DNA from: Thermomicrobiales bacterium
GTDB taxonomy: Bacteria; Chloroflexota; Chloroflexia; Thermomicrobiales; UBA6265
Length of the DNA: 64,000 bases
Assembly: GCA_023957115.1 (NCBI GenBank)
Contig: JAMLHN010000012.1
Coordinates: 30,829-94,828, forward strand
Direction: 5' to 3'
A program made the translations under genes and the position numbers. Positions within the stretch are counted from its first letter, which is position 1. Each line of letters starts with the position of its first letter. The notes beneath the pieces are model-generated. The model was given only the letters and a program-made list of their open reading frames with translations, was not told where the DNA came from and ran no database searches. Of the stretch, positions 29,400-38,341 are shown piece after piece.

Positions 29400-29730
29400 G
29401 AGACTGATGCGACTTCGAATCTCTCGACGGGGTCGAATTTCATCTCGCCGAGCCTCTGAACTGACGCGAAAGGCTGGAATCCCGTTTCTGTGCTGGCTGA
29501 ACGTACCGTGGGTGCGCTGCAGCAAACGCCGAACATCACCACCTGCGGACTTTGGATCAAGGACTTGAGGCTTGGCTGGTCCGCCGACCGGCTCTCCTGA
29601 AAGCCATCCACGCCAAGTGCCGGCATCGTGGTCAGCTAATCGGAACATGCGACGTCCATGGATCCCCCATTGCCGCGTCGACGAGAAAGGGGGCGAGACC
29701 AGGACGATCGCTCGACCTTTGGCGATGTCT
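29400..29730 (-). pseudogene. Possible decayed tyrosine-recombinase (integrase) C-terminal remnant
   Basis: Minus strand reads ...IAKGRAIVLVSPPF...KSAGGDVRRLLQRTHGTFSQHRNGIPAFRV. After a 1-nt shift near 29462 it continues VQRLGEMKFDPVERFEVAS. Joined, this resembles the integrase box II region (NGVPLRVVQELLGHSSIxxTERYAH) with the catalytic His and Tyr positions replaced by Glu and Phe. There is no intact ORF. Confidence 0.3.
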
Positions 29731-29738
29731 TTTGAACA

Positions 29739-29807
29739 CCTGATCCAGCGAGGGGCCGCTCCCTTCTGTTTGTAAGGAAAAAAGAGCGGCCCCCTCGCTG
29801 GATCAGG
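29739..29807. terminator. Long inverted repeat / hairpin overlapping the stop codon of the multicopper oxidase gene
   Basis: Arms at 29739-29761 (cctgatccagcgaggggccgctc) and 29784-29807 (gagcggccccctcgctggatcagg) are complementary except for one bulged C. The 22-nt loop is A/T-rich. No canonical U-tail on either strand. Confidence 0.6.
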
Positions 29808-32775
29808 AAGCCGGCGGCGAGCCGACCGGAAATCCTGGGTACATTTGCCCGGTGGTGTGATTCGAGTCAAGAAACTCGATGTTCTGGCGCCACGCTTCGG
29901 CCGGCGTCAGTCGCGGATAGACGGCTGAAACCTGGTCGGCCGTATCATCGCTCGTGGTGACGGTGTCGGCCAGATCGTAGTTGGACTGGTCCGCAAACGG
30001 AGTGATCTCAAGGGTCTGCATCATGCCATTGTCTTCGTGCAAGAGAATGTGGCAATGGTCGACAAAGACGCCGATATAGTCAGGGAAGCGCGATCGCACG
30101 ATGGCGCGGCCACCCGCTCGCGGAATCCAGACGACATCTTGCCACCGTGGCTCGTCGAGAATGTTGACAAGATTGCCGTTCTCATCCGGAACCTCGATCC
30201 GGAGGACCCACACAGGATTCTGATGAATATGGAACGGGTGATCGACACCTTTCGAGGTGATCACCCACGTCTTGCCGTCATTAGGTTGGGCAGCAAATCG
30301 GGCCTGACCTTCTGCTCGTGACAGCGGCTCACCGGGAAAGTGGCCGCCATCTTGTCCAACTGGACTCTGACCCGTATCCGCCCAGAGCGGCATCGAGTAG
30401 TTGTAGAGTGCCCACTCCTCCGCTGTTCCTTCGAGCATCCGTGGGCGCAGCGGATCGTTCGGGTTGAATTTTCGAGACATGCTCGCGCGAACGGGAAGCG
30501 AGCCATCACTTTCCGGGAGGACTGGCGCCGGCTCTGACGAAGCAGAGGATGCAATAGCCATTGTGCGAATGTTCGGCGCCAACAGGACATAATCATCTGT
30601 ATCGGGAATCGATGCGTACCGCAGTAGCTCCAGGACTCCGCCGTTCGCTTGGTCGCGCTCGACGAACGCACGGAAATTCGTAGAGGTCTCGTCGTCGCCT
30701 GCGGTGGTGATGAGCGGGAAGTCGGCGGCGCCCCAGCCCGAGTAGGTGATAGTTCGGCTGCGGAACTTGCCGGCTCGCCCGTCCAGTCCGCTGTCCGGAT
30801 CGGCCGGAATGTCGCCCTCCGCTTCCTTGATACGCACCTCGTGATGATCGATCGGGAGGTGATATTCCGGAGTCTCCGGCAACACATCTACAAGAGACAT
30901 CACATCGAAAGCAGGAATCGGCGTTGCCGATTGATCCTCCGTGTTCGCGCCATTGCTCACCACGACGTACCCGACGACCACGTCTTCCGGTTGCGGGACG
31001 AGGTTGGGCTTGTTGTAGTTGGACTGCAACGCGGATTGGTAGTTATCCGATTGAACCACCGATGCTCTGCCGAGGATCGTGTAGTAGTCCGCTTCACTTC
31101 CAGGCGAAAGCGCCGGCGCCTGGAAGAACAGGTCCGTTCGGTTGGCCGGAGCCAGGTAGACCTCGTTTGGCCGGACATACGTGTTCGTGATGCTGCTGGC
31201 GTCTGCGTATGCCGCTTGTATATTCGCGAGCATCGCTTGGTTCGGCTTCCCAGAGAGCGGTTGATCTATCGGGTTTTCGGTTCCGGGGTTCTGTTGCGAT
31301 AGGTCCTTGATGGTGTATCTCGCGTTCTCGCCCTCTCCGGCAACGAGCGTCACGCCATCGAACGCGAGCTGATAGAGCGTTTGCTTGTCTGCTTCGAGTT
31401 CGTCCGAAGTTACCGGTGCGAAGGCCTGGTTTACCGGATCTGTCGACTTCATCAGCTGGATCGACTCGTTCCCCGCTTGGCTGCTTTCGTCTACGGCATA
31501 CTGGCCCTTGACGACCATAAAGCGCATGTACCCTTGGCCATCCACGCTTCCGTTCAGAACCCGCCATCGCTCGATGGCACCAGGACGCATGGTGATGGTG
31601 TCTGGGCGCTGGTCACCGTTGACGAGCGGGACCGCATTTCCACCTTGCTTGAGCTCCTGAGTTGGGGCATCAGGATCGACGGAGAGATTGAACACACGCT
31701 GAATGAACATCACGCGTTCCATATAGTCGTAGGCTCCGGCCCGCAGCTGCGGATCCGGGAATCGCTCGCCAGTCAACGCCAGGTTGATCGCTTCGTCGAC
31801 ATCGCCTTCGATGATAAGGAAGCCCGCCATGCCGCTCGCCACCTGATTGTGTGTCGCTCCATGGCAATGCGGGTGATACCAGTGCGTGCCGGGCGGATGT
31901 GCTTGCGGCGGAAGTCCGAGTCGCTCCGTCAGCTTGGATTGCACATTTCCGAGTCGAAACTCGTAGTCGGCAAACCCCGTGACCTCATCTTCTTGCAGAT
32001 AGGTGGTCTGGTTAGGATCTTGCAACCAGGCGCAATAGGGACTGTCGCGGTTGGCTTCCCGCTCTTCGAGATCGGCTTCGTCGATCAGCCGCAGGATGAT
32101 GTTGTCGGAATGCGTTCCGTCCGAGTTCTTTCCTGGTCGAACGTGCAATCCATGTGTGTGAAGATTAGTTACCCGCAACGAATGCACGCCGTTCACATGC
32201 TCGCCGATGCAAAAATCGCTGCGGATGAGGCCAACCTCCCGGGCCCTCTCCGTGACCTGCGATGGCTTCATCCAGGACGGCAGCGCCTTGGGGTCGGGGT
32301 AGGGGCCGACCGTCGTGGTGCCGTAGTTTTGCCCGAGCAAATTTCGCAGCCGAACGAAGAGCGTTTCGTCTCCGCGCATGCGAATCGTCGGACCGGGCGT
32401 CATACCGCCATATGAGAAGAGGATGGCGCTCGGATTGCCGTAGCCGACGATCGCCCCGGGGTTCTCGTTTTCGACGACATTTAGCTCGAGCGCCTGACCC
32501 GGCCAGTCTGACGGACGCCAGATCCATGGCTCACCCCACGTTTCGACCGATGTGGCAGAGAGCGAAATGGGCGTCTCGATTGGCACCGGGCTCGCGGCCG
32601 GTGTCTGTCGCGCTTCAGCAATCGATGTATCAGCGACGAGATTGAGTCCGACCGCGCCCGCTGCCGTCTTCAAGAGCGTTCGCCGGCTGACGAATTTTGA
32701 TGGAGAAGGCAGCGCTGCGTCATCGTCTCGTGCCGGTGTTGAAGGGGCATTCGTCGGGACGTTGCTCTGAGACAC
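29803..32775 (-). CDS. Large Tat-exported multicopper oxidase (990 aa)
   Basis: GTG 7 nt after AAGGAG. Tat motif SRRTLLKTAAGAVGL. Four Cu motifs: LHTHGLHV (~206), HWYHPHCHG (~301), HPFHIHQNP (~846), HCHILLHEDNGMM (~907). Confidence 0.92.
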   Translation of the reverse strand: MSQSNVPTNAPSTPARDDDAALPSPSKFVSRRTLLKTAAGAVGLNLVADTSIAEARQTPAASPVPIETPISLSATSVETWGEPWIWRPSDWPGQALELNVVENENPGAIVGYGNPSAILFSYGGMTPGPTIRMRGDETLFVRLRNLLGQNYGTTTVGPYPDPKALPSWMKPSQVTERAREVGLIRSDFCIGEHVNGVHSLRVTNLHTHGLHVRPGKNSDGTHSDNIILRLIDEADLEEREANRDSPYCAWLQDPNQTTYLQEDEVTGFADYEFRLGNVQSKLTERLGLPPQAHPPGTHWYHPHCHGATHNQVASGMAGFLIIEGDVDEAINLALTGERFPDPQLRAGAYDYMERVMFIQRVFNLSVDPDAPTQELKQGGNAVPLVNGDQRPDTITMRPGAIERWRVLNGSVDGQGYMRFMVVKGQYAVDESSQAGNESIQLMKSTDPVNQAFAPVTSDELEADKQTLYQLAFDGVTLVAGEGENARYTIKDLSQQNPGTENPIDQPLSGKPNQAMLANIQAAYADASSITNTYVRPNEVYLAPANRTDLFFQAPALSPGSEADYYTILGRASVVQSDNYQSALQSNYNKPNLVPQPEDVVVGYVVVSNGANTEDQSATPIPAFDVMSLVDVLPETPEYHLPIDHHEVRIKEAEGDIPADPDSGLDGRAGKFRSRTITYSGWGAADFPLITTAGDDETSTNFRAFVERDQANGGVLELLRYASIPDTDDYVLLAPNIRTMAIASSASSEPAPVLPESDGSLPVRASMSRKFNPNDPLRPRMLEGTAEEWALYNYSMPLWADTGQSPVGQDGGHFPGEPLSRAEGQARFAAQPNDGKTWVITSKGVDHPFHIHQNPVWVLRIEVPDENGNLVNILDEPRWQDVVWIPRAGGRAIVRSRFPDYIGVFVDHCHILLHEDNGMMQTLEITPFADQSNYDLADTVTTSDDTADQVSAVYPRLTPAEAWRQNIEFLDSNHTTGQMYPGFPVGSPPAS

Positions 32776-32846
32776 GAAGGTACTCCTTTCGCTTTGGGGG
32801 TTGTGTTTGTACCTAACGCTCGGTTGTGCGCGATCAAGAGTGAATC

Positions 32847-32862
32847 ATCAGAAGATTCTGAT
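32847..32862. promoter_or_regulatory. Palindrome ATCAGAA-GA-TTCTGAT upstream of the multicopper oxidase gene; candidate operator
   Basis: 7-bp arms with a 2-nt spacer, about 70-90 nt upstream of the GTG at 32775. Also nested in GAATC...GATTC. Confidence 0.25.
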
Positions 32863-33021
32863 CCATGCTCGAAAAGATGGATACTCCCTCAGCGCGAAAC
32901 GAGCACAAGCAGGCAGTTGGTGGGTATTCGAGTCTAACACTCGATGGGTTCGCTCGTTGACCATCTCATGTTCCTCAAAGCTGAGGGGTCGATCTCCAGC
33001 AACGGCCTGGAAGCGCTGGAG

Positions 33022-33097
33022 GTCTTGGTGCTGGTGCCCCAGGTCAGACTCGAACTGACGACCCTTCGCTTAGAAGGCGAATGCTCTATCCACTGAG
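33022..33097 (-). tRNA. tRNA-Arg (anticodon TCT), CCA encoded
   Basis: Reverse complement GCCCCAGTAGCTCAGTGGATAGAGCATTCGCCTTCTAAGCGAAGGGTCGTCAGTTCGAGTCTGACCTGGGGCACCA folds as a cloverleaf (7-bp acceptor, GCTC/GAGC D stem, TTCGC/GCGAA anticodon stem with loop CTTCTAA, GTCAG/CTGAC T stem). Confidence 0.93.
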
Positions 33098-33423
33098 CTA
33101 CTGGGGCCTACGGACAGTATACCGTCGCCCCGAGGACCGAAGCGTCGCGACCAGCTGACGTGACATCGACTGCGTTGTCGCCCGCACGTGAACGTCCGCA
33201 CCCTCCACAAAAATAAGCCTGCGAAACAGCATGCGGTATAGTGAATGCGAAGCTGTTAGGTAGAACTTGGAATCGCGTCGTCGTTTGCGCGGCCGGCATG
33301 AACTTCGTGTTTGCCGTTCGCGTTGCCGGCGGTTCGATTCGGTCGAACGGCGACAGCGAGCATTGAGGCGGAAGAATCGGCGGATCTGTCGATTCGTGCG
33401 AAAGCACCATGAATGGAGGGGCT

Positions 33424-35025
33424 ATGACTCACAGACGTACGCGCACGATCTCGTTCTTGAGCGTCATCCTGCTGGCGCTCACGGCGATTGGACCACTCTT
33501 CGGCTCGGTCTCCGCTCAGGATGACCGGCCGGTGCTGGTTCATGCAACGAACTCGGGGGATAAGGCGACCTTCGATCCGCACCTGGCTTCGGGAACGCAG
33601 GACCGCACGGTCGTGGACATGGTTTTCAATGGTTTGCTTCGGTTCAAACCGGGCGATGCCAGTGTCATCGAGGCCGACCTCGCGACCGAAGTCCCAGAAC
33701 CTGTCGCGGAAGCAGACGGAACCCAATCATGGACATTCGCCCTGAGGACCGACGCAACCTGCCATGCAAGCAGCGCAACCGAGGCCTATCCGCTGACCGC
33801 GGATGATGTGGTCTTCTCGCTGCAGAAGTCCGCGAATTCCGATACGTCCGGCGTCGCAGGCGATTATGCCGGATTCGAGTTCGTCAAGGTCGACGATGCC
33901 ACCGTCAAGGTGGTCGTGCCCACACCACTTGGCCCGGCAGTCTTCCTGCCGAAGTTCGCGAATTACGGCGGCGGCTATATCATCTGCCAGCAGGCCTATG
34001 AGGCGCTCGGCGCGGATGGCTTCGCCAACGAGCCGATTGGCACCGGCCCATTCAAGTTCTCCTCCTACACGCCACAAACCAGCACAACCCTTGTTGCCAA
34101 CGACGACTACTTCCGGGGCGCGCCGAAGCTTGGTGGGGTTGAGGTTCGCTACATCGCGGACAACACCGCACGCGACCTCGGCCTGGAGTCGGGCGAGCTC
34201 GATGTCATCAATGGCCTGCCGGAAGCGCAGTATGTCGAGCGCATCAATCAGGCAGGTAATCAGATTGCCGATGTCTTTGGCGTCGGTGAAGCAGTTTGGC
34301 TGAACCTCGACATCACCAACGAATATCTGCAAGACCCGCTGGTGCGTGAGGCCATCATCCTGGCGGTTTCGCGTGAGAATCATCTCGCGCTTGCAGGAGA
34401 ACCGGTGGCCCAGGGGATCTTTTCGATCGTGCCGACCGGCATCGTTCCGGGCGCGCTGACGCAGGAAGAGGCCCAGGCCGCCGAGGTCGACTTTAGCCAG
34501 GACATCGAGCGGGCGAATGAGCTTATGGCCGAAGCCGGCTATGCCGATGGCTTCAGCCTGACCCTTGTGACCTCTGAGCAGGCCGCTTACCAGACGCAGT
34601 ACACGGTGTTGCAGGAAGAGCTGGCACAGATCGGCATCGATGTCGAGCTCGAGGTTGTCCAGCATGCGGTGATGCACGAGCAGATTCGCGCCGGATCCAA
34701 CGCGATCACGATCTATATCGCGTATCGACCGAGCGCGGATACCTATCTGACCCAGTTCTTCACCTCTACCGGTGGATCGACCAACTTCTCGCAGTTCCAG
34801 CTCGACGATCAGGTGGCGGCGGCGCGTGCCGAGACGGACGCCGAAGCACAGATCGAAGCCTGGCAGCAGCTCAATATCGAGATTCTGCAAAACTTCGCGG
34901 GCTTTGGTCTCCTGTACACCAATCAGGTTTACGTTCGCCAGCCCAACGTCGACTACGGTCATGAGCTGATCTCGGTGCCGCAGCTCTATCCGGGTTACAA
35001 CGAGACCACAACGATTACCGAGTAG
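33424..35025 (+). CDS. Family-5 (peptide/nickel) ABC substrate-binding protein with Sec-type signal
   Basis: ATG after GGAGG. MTHRRTRTISFLSVILLALTAIGPLFGSVSAQ leader; SBP_bac_5-like body. ATG 33409 is an alternative start. Confidence 0.9.
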   Translation: MTHRRTRTISFLSVILLALTAIGPLFGSVSAQDDRPVLVHATNSGDKATFDPHLASGTQDRTVVDMVFNGLLRFKPGDASVIEADLATEVPEPVAEADGTQSWTFALRTDATCHASSATEAYPLTADDVVFSLQKSANSDTSGVAGDYAGFEFVKVDDATVKVVVPTPLGPAVFLPKFANYGGGYIICQQAYEALGADGFANEPIGTGPFKFSSYTPQTSTTLVANDDYFRGAPKLGGVEVRYIADNTARDLGLESGELDVINGLPEAQYVERINQAGNQIADVFGVGEAVWLNLDITNEYLQDPLVREAIILAVSRENHLALAGEPVAQGIFSIVPTGIVPGALTQEEAQAAEVDFSQDIERANELMAEAGYADGFSLTLVTSEQAAYQTQYTVLQEELAQIGIDVELEVVQHAVMHEQIRAGSNAITIYIAYRPSADTYLTQFFTSTGGSTNFSQFQLDDQVAAARAETDAEAQIEAWQQLNIEILQNFAGFGLLYTNQVYVRQPNVDYGHELISVPQLYPGYNETTTITE

Positions 35026-35143
35026 CTCGGCTCAGGGAACAGTTGTCTCGAGCCTAAACGTATACATATCCAGATGGCAGGTGGCGCAGTTCGGCGCCAC
35101 CTGCCATGCGCCATTGATTCCGGGTGAGAGGATGTAGCGGCGC

Positions 35144-36085
35144 ATGCTCAGATTCATCTTCAAGCGGCTGCTGCTGGGCATCCCCACCCTGTTCGCGGTC
35201 CTGACCATTATCTTCTTGCTCATGCGGGTGGCGCCCGGCGATCCTGCCTATGCAGTGCTGGGTGACTACGCCACCGATGATGCAGTGGCAGCACTTCGCA
35301 CGCAGATGGGTTTGGACAAACCGGTCTGGCAGCAATATCTCGACTATCTCGGGGGGATCTTGCAGGGTGACCTGGGCGATTCGCTGGTTACGCGCCAACC
35401 GGCGTGGATTCAGATCCGTACGGTACTTCCATACACATTGGAGCTCACCGCCGCGGCGATCGTCATTGCCCTGGCGATCGGCATTCCCGCTGGCATGCTC
35501 AGCGCGGTCCGCCGCAATACCTTCGTCGATTACTTCGTTCGCGTGATCTCCCTCGCTGGGCTCTCGGCGCCCGCGTTCTACATCGGCTTGCTGTTGATGT
35601 ATTTCCTCTCGGCCAAGGCCGGTTGGTTCCCGGCCATCAGCACCGCCGGTTTCGACGATCCGCTCGAGAATCTGCATGCCCTCGTCCTGCCGGCCATCAC
35701 CCTGGGATTGGTCGAAACCGCGTATGTCACCCGCATGACCCGATCGGTCATGCTGAACGTGCTTTCGGACGACTATGTCCGCACGGCCAGGGCCAAGGGA
35801 TTGCCGAGCCGAATGGTGATGGTGCGGCATGCGCTGCGGCCAGGTTTGGTGCCCATCGTTGCGCTGACCGGAGTCTTCGTGATCGGTTTGATCGGTGGTT
35901 CCGTGTTGACCGAAGAGGTCTTCGCCCGGCCAGGACTCGGCAAGCTGATGGTCGGCGCCACCACTCGCCGCGACTACACATTGTTGCAGGCAATCATGGT
36001 GGTCTATGCGCTGATCATCGTGCTCGTCAACATCCTCGTGGACATCATCTACACGCTGGTCGATCCGCGGATGAGGAAACGGTAA
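35144..36085 (+). CDS. DppB-like ABC permease
   Basis: MLRFIFKRLLLGIPTLFAVLTIIFLLMRVAPGDP..., C-terminal NILVDIIYTLVDPRM. Confidence 0.9.
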   Translation: MLRFIFKRLLLGIPTLFAVLTIIFLLMRVAPGDPAYAVLGDYATDDAVAALRTQMGLDKPVWQQYLDYLGGILQGDLGDSLVTRQPAWIQIRTVLPYTLELTAAAIVIALAIGIPAGMLSAVRRNTFVDYFVRVISLAGLSAPAFYIGLLLMYFLSAKAGWFPAISTAGFDDPLENLHALVLPAITLGLVETAYVTRMTRSVMLNVLSDDYVRTARAKGLPSRMVMVRHALRPGLVPIVALTGVFVIGLIGGSVLTEEVFARPGLGKLMVGATTRRDYTLLQAIMVVYALIIVLVNILVDIIYTLVDPRMRKR

Positions 36086-36975
36086 TGACAGCGACCCCGT
36101 CCGTCACGATGGCGCCCACTGCGCCGATTGCGGTCATTTCCGAACGACGACGCGCCTGGAGGGCGTTCGCTCGCAACCGATCGGCCGTCGTCGGCTTGAT
36201 GCTCGTGATCCTCATCATTCTGGTTGCCGTCTTTGCGCCGGTTCTGGCGCCACACAACCCATTGACCCAAAGTGTCCCAAACAGGCTCGAAGGCCCGTCG
36301 CGCGACTATCTGCTCGGTCGCGATGCATACGGCCGCGACGTGCTGTCGCGCATCATCTATGGCACCCGAATCGCACTCCAGGTCGGTATTTTTTCGGTGC
36401 TGCTCGGTGGATTCGCTGGCACCGCCATCGGCGTCGTTGCTGGCTATTTCGGTGGCAAGACCGAAGCCGTGCTGATGCGTCTGGTCGACGTTTTGTTAGC
36501 ATTTCCAGATTTGATCATGGGGCTGCTCGTGATGGCGGTGCTCGGTCCCGGCCTGGGCAAGTTGATCCTCGCAATTGCCTTCACCATGATTCCGCGCTTT
36601 GCCCGCATCGCCTACGGTCAGACACTGGTGCTCAAGGAACGTGAGTTTGTCGAAGCCTCGCACGCGCTGGGGCAACGCACGGGGGTGATCCTCTATCGCC
36701 ATATCGCACCGAATATCGCTGGGGAGCTCGTCGTACTGGCGAGCCTCTGGACTGCTTCTGCAATTCGCCTCGAAGCCAGCCTGAGCTTCATCGGACTCGG
36801 TGTTCCCCCGCCAACGCCCACTTGGGGGCAAATGATTCGGGAAGGAACCGTCTACCTGTCATCGCTCCCGTTGCTGAGTCTGGCGCCGGGCGTCGCGCTG
36901 CTGCTTACCGTGTTTGCATTCAATCTTGTAGGGGATGGATTGCGGGACGTTCTCGACCCGCGCTCAGGCAAGTAG
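36085..36975 (+). CDS. DppC-like ABC permease
   Basis: TAATG stop/start overlap. MTATPSVTM...; loop LKEREFVEASHALGQRTGVILYRHIAPN. The ORF-track start at 35404 lies inside the previous gene and is rejected. Confidence 0.9.
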   Translation: MTATPSVTMAPTAPIAVISERRRAWRAFARNRSAVVGLMLVILIILVAVFAPVLAPHNPLTQSVPNRLEGPSRDYLLGRDAYGRDVLSRIIYGTRIALQVGIFSVLLGGFAGTAIGVVAGYFGGKTEAVLMRLVDVLLAFPDLIMGLLVMAVLGPGLGKLILAIAFTMIPRFARIAYGQTLVLKEREFVEASHALGQRTGVILYRHIAPNIAGELVVLASLWTASAIRLEASLSFIGLGVPPPTPTWGQMIREGTVYLSSLPLLSLAPGVALLLTVFAFNLVGDGLRDVLDPRSGK

Positions 36976-36999
36976 TCACGAGAGATCGGAGCAAGCGTC

Positions 37000-38154
37000 G
37001 TGCAGGATCGCGTTATCATCGTCGGCGGTGGCATCAGCGGAACCGCGACCGCATATGAGCTGGCACGCAACGGCGTCAACGTGACGTTGCTCGAGCGCGG
37101 CGAGCTTGCCAGCATGGCATCCGGCTGGACATTGGCCGGTGTTCGCCAATCTGGCCGTCACCCGTCGGAGCTTCCCCTTGCCGCGGCGGCGGTGGCCCGC
37201 TGGCCGAATCTTGCCGCCGAACTCGAAGCGGATACCGAGTACCGGCAACAAGGAAATCTGCGGCTTGCGCTCTCGGAGTCCGATGTTCCCATCATTCGCG
37301 GCGTTGTCGACGCGTCGGCAACGGCCGGGATTCCGATCGAGTATCTCGACTCCATCGACGACGTTCACGCCATCGCTCCCGCGCTGACCGACCAAATCTT
37401 CGGCGCGTCCTATTGCCCTTCGGACGGTCATGCGAATCCCTCCAAAACGGTCCTGGCGTTCGCCGCGGCGGCGACACGGCATGGGGCGGTCATACGGACC
37501 GGCGTCGACGTGACCGCCATCGCAACCGCGAGCGGTAAGGTCACCGGCGTCGAAACGACCGAAGGACCGCTTGCGGCCGACGTCGTGATTGTGGCGGCTG
37601 GTATCTACACGCCACGACTCTTGGGGACGCTCGGCCTCAACCTTCCGCTGGACATTCGCCACGTACCAGCAGTGCAAAGCGTTCCCCTTCCTCCGATGCT
37701 CGCTCCGGTCATTGGGGTTGCGTCGGGCATGTTCGCTGGTCGCCAGCAGGTCGATGGACGACTCCGTCTGACGCTGAACGGAACCGCATGGAACGGCGGC
37801 GAGTGGCATGATCAGTACAGCGTGCAACCGACCCTGGAGCAGGTGCGGGACACGATTGAGTTCGCGGTCGGCATCTTGCCGGCGGTTCGAGATCTGCGTG
37901 TCGCTCAAGTTTGGGGCGGTCTGCTCGATCTCACCCCGGACGCGCTTCCAGTCATCGAACGATCGCCGGATGTCGATGGCCTCATCATTGCTGCCGGGTT
38001 CAGCGGGCATGGATTTTGCCTTGGCCCGATCACCGGCCAGATTCTGGCGGACCTGGCGGTCGTCGGATCGACCGAGCTTCCCATCGAACCGTTCCAGCTC
38101 ACGCGGTTTGCGAACCAGACAGCGCCATCCGAATCGTTGACGCTGCACGGGTGA
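37000..38154 (+). CDS. FAD-dependent oxidoreductase (DAO family; sarcosine/D-amino-acid oxidase-like)
   Basis: GTG start. VIIVGGGISGTATAYELARNG dinucleotide-binding motif; C-terminal GFSGHGF. Confidence 0.88.
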   Translation: MQDRVIIVGGGISGTATAYELARNGVNVTLLERGELASMASGWTLAGVRQSGRHPSELPLAAAAVARWPNLAAELEADTEYRQQGNLRLALSESDVPIIRGVVDASATAGIPIEYLDSIDDVHAIAPALTDQIFGASYCPSDGHANPSKTVLAFAAAATRHGAVIRTGVDVTAIATASGKVTGVETTEGPLAADVVIVAAGIYTPRLLGTLGLNLPLDIRHVPAVQSVPLPPMLAPVIGVASGMFAGRQQVDGRLRLTLNGTAWNGGEWHDQYSVQPTLEQVRDTIEFAVGILPAVRDLRVAQVWGGLLDLTPDALPVIERSPDVDGLIIAAGFSGHGFCLGPITGQILADLAVVGSTELPIEPFQLTRFANQTAPSESLTLHG

Positions 38155-38341
38155 TCTCCTTCTGCGAGCCGCAAGCGAATCCGGGCACATACGTGCGATA
38201 GTCCGATTGAAGCCGGGATTCGAGCGGATTCCGCTCTTGGGCCAGACACGATACCGTTCGGCGTATCTTGCAGCCCTCGGAGATAATTTCGCCGGACTCG
38301 ACGAAACGCACAACCTGAAGTGAAGGGGCTGAGATCAAGCA

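Noticed and set aside
29220-29870. 216-aa minus-strand ORF as an intact gene
   Set aside because: Its 5' part runs through the oxidase gene's 3' end and the long hairpin. It has no start context. Only an internal portion looks recombinase-like and needs a frameshift, so I treat it as a remnant and not a gene.
32801-33058. 85-aa plus-strand ORF
   Set aside because: It overlaps the tRNA-Arg gene and the oxidase promoter region and has no RBS or motifs.
35404-36084. Upstream extension of the DppC-like ORF (523-aa version)
   Set aside because: It lies out of frame inside the DppB-like permease. The TAATG coupling at 36085 gives a normal ~296-aa permease.
36976-38313. 445-aa minus-strand ORF
   Set aside because: It is antisense to the FAD oxidoreductase, which carries a clear GGGISG dinucleotide-binding motif.
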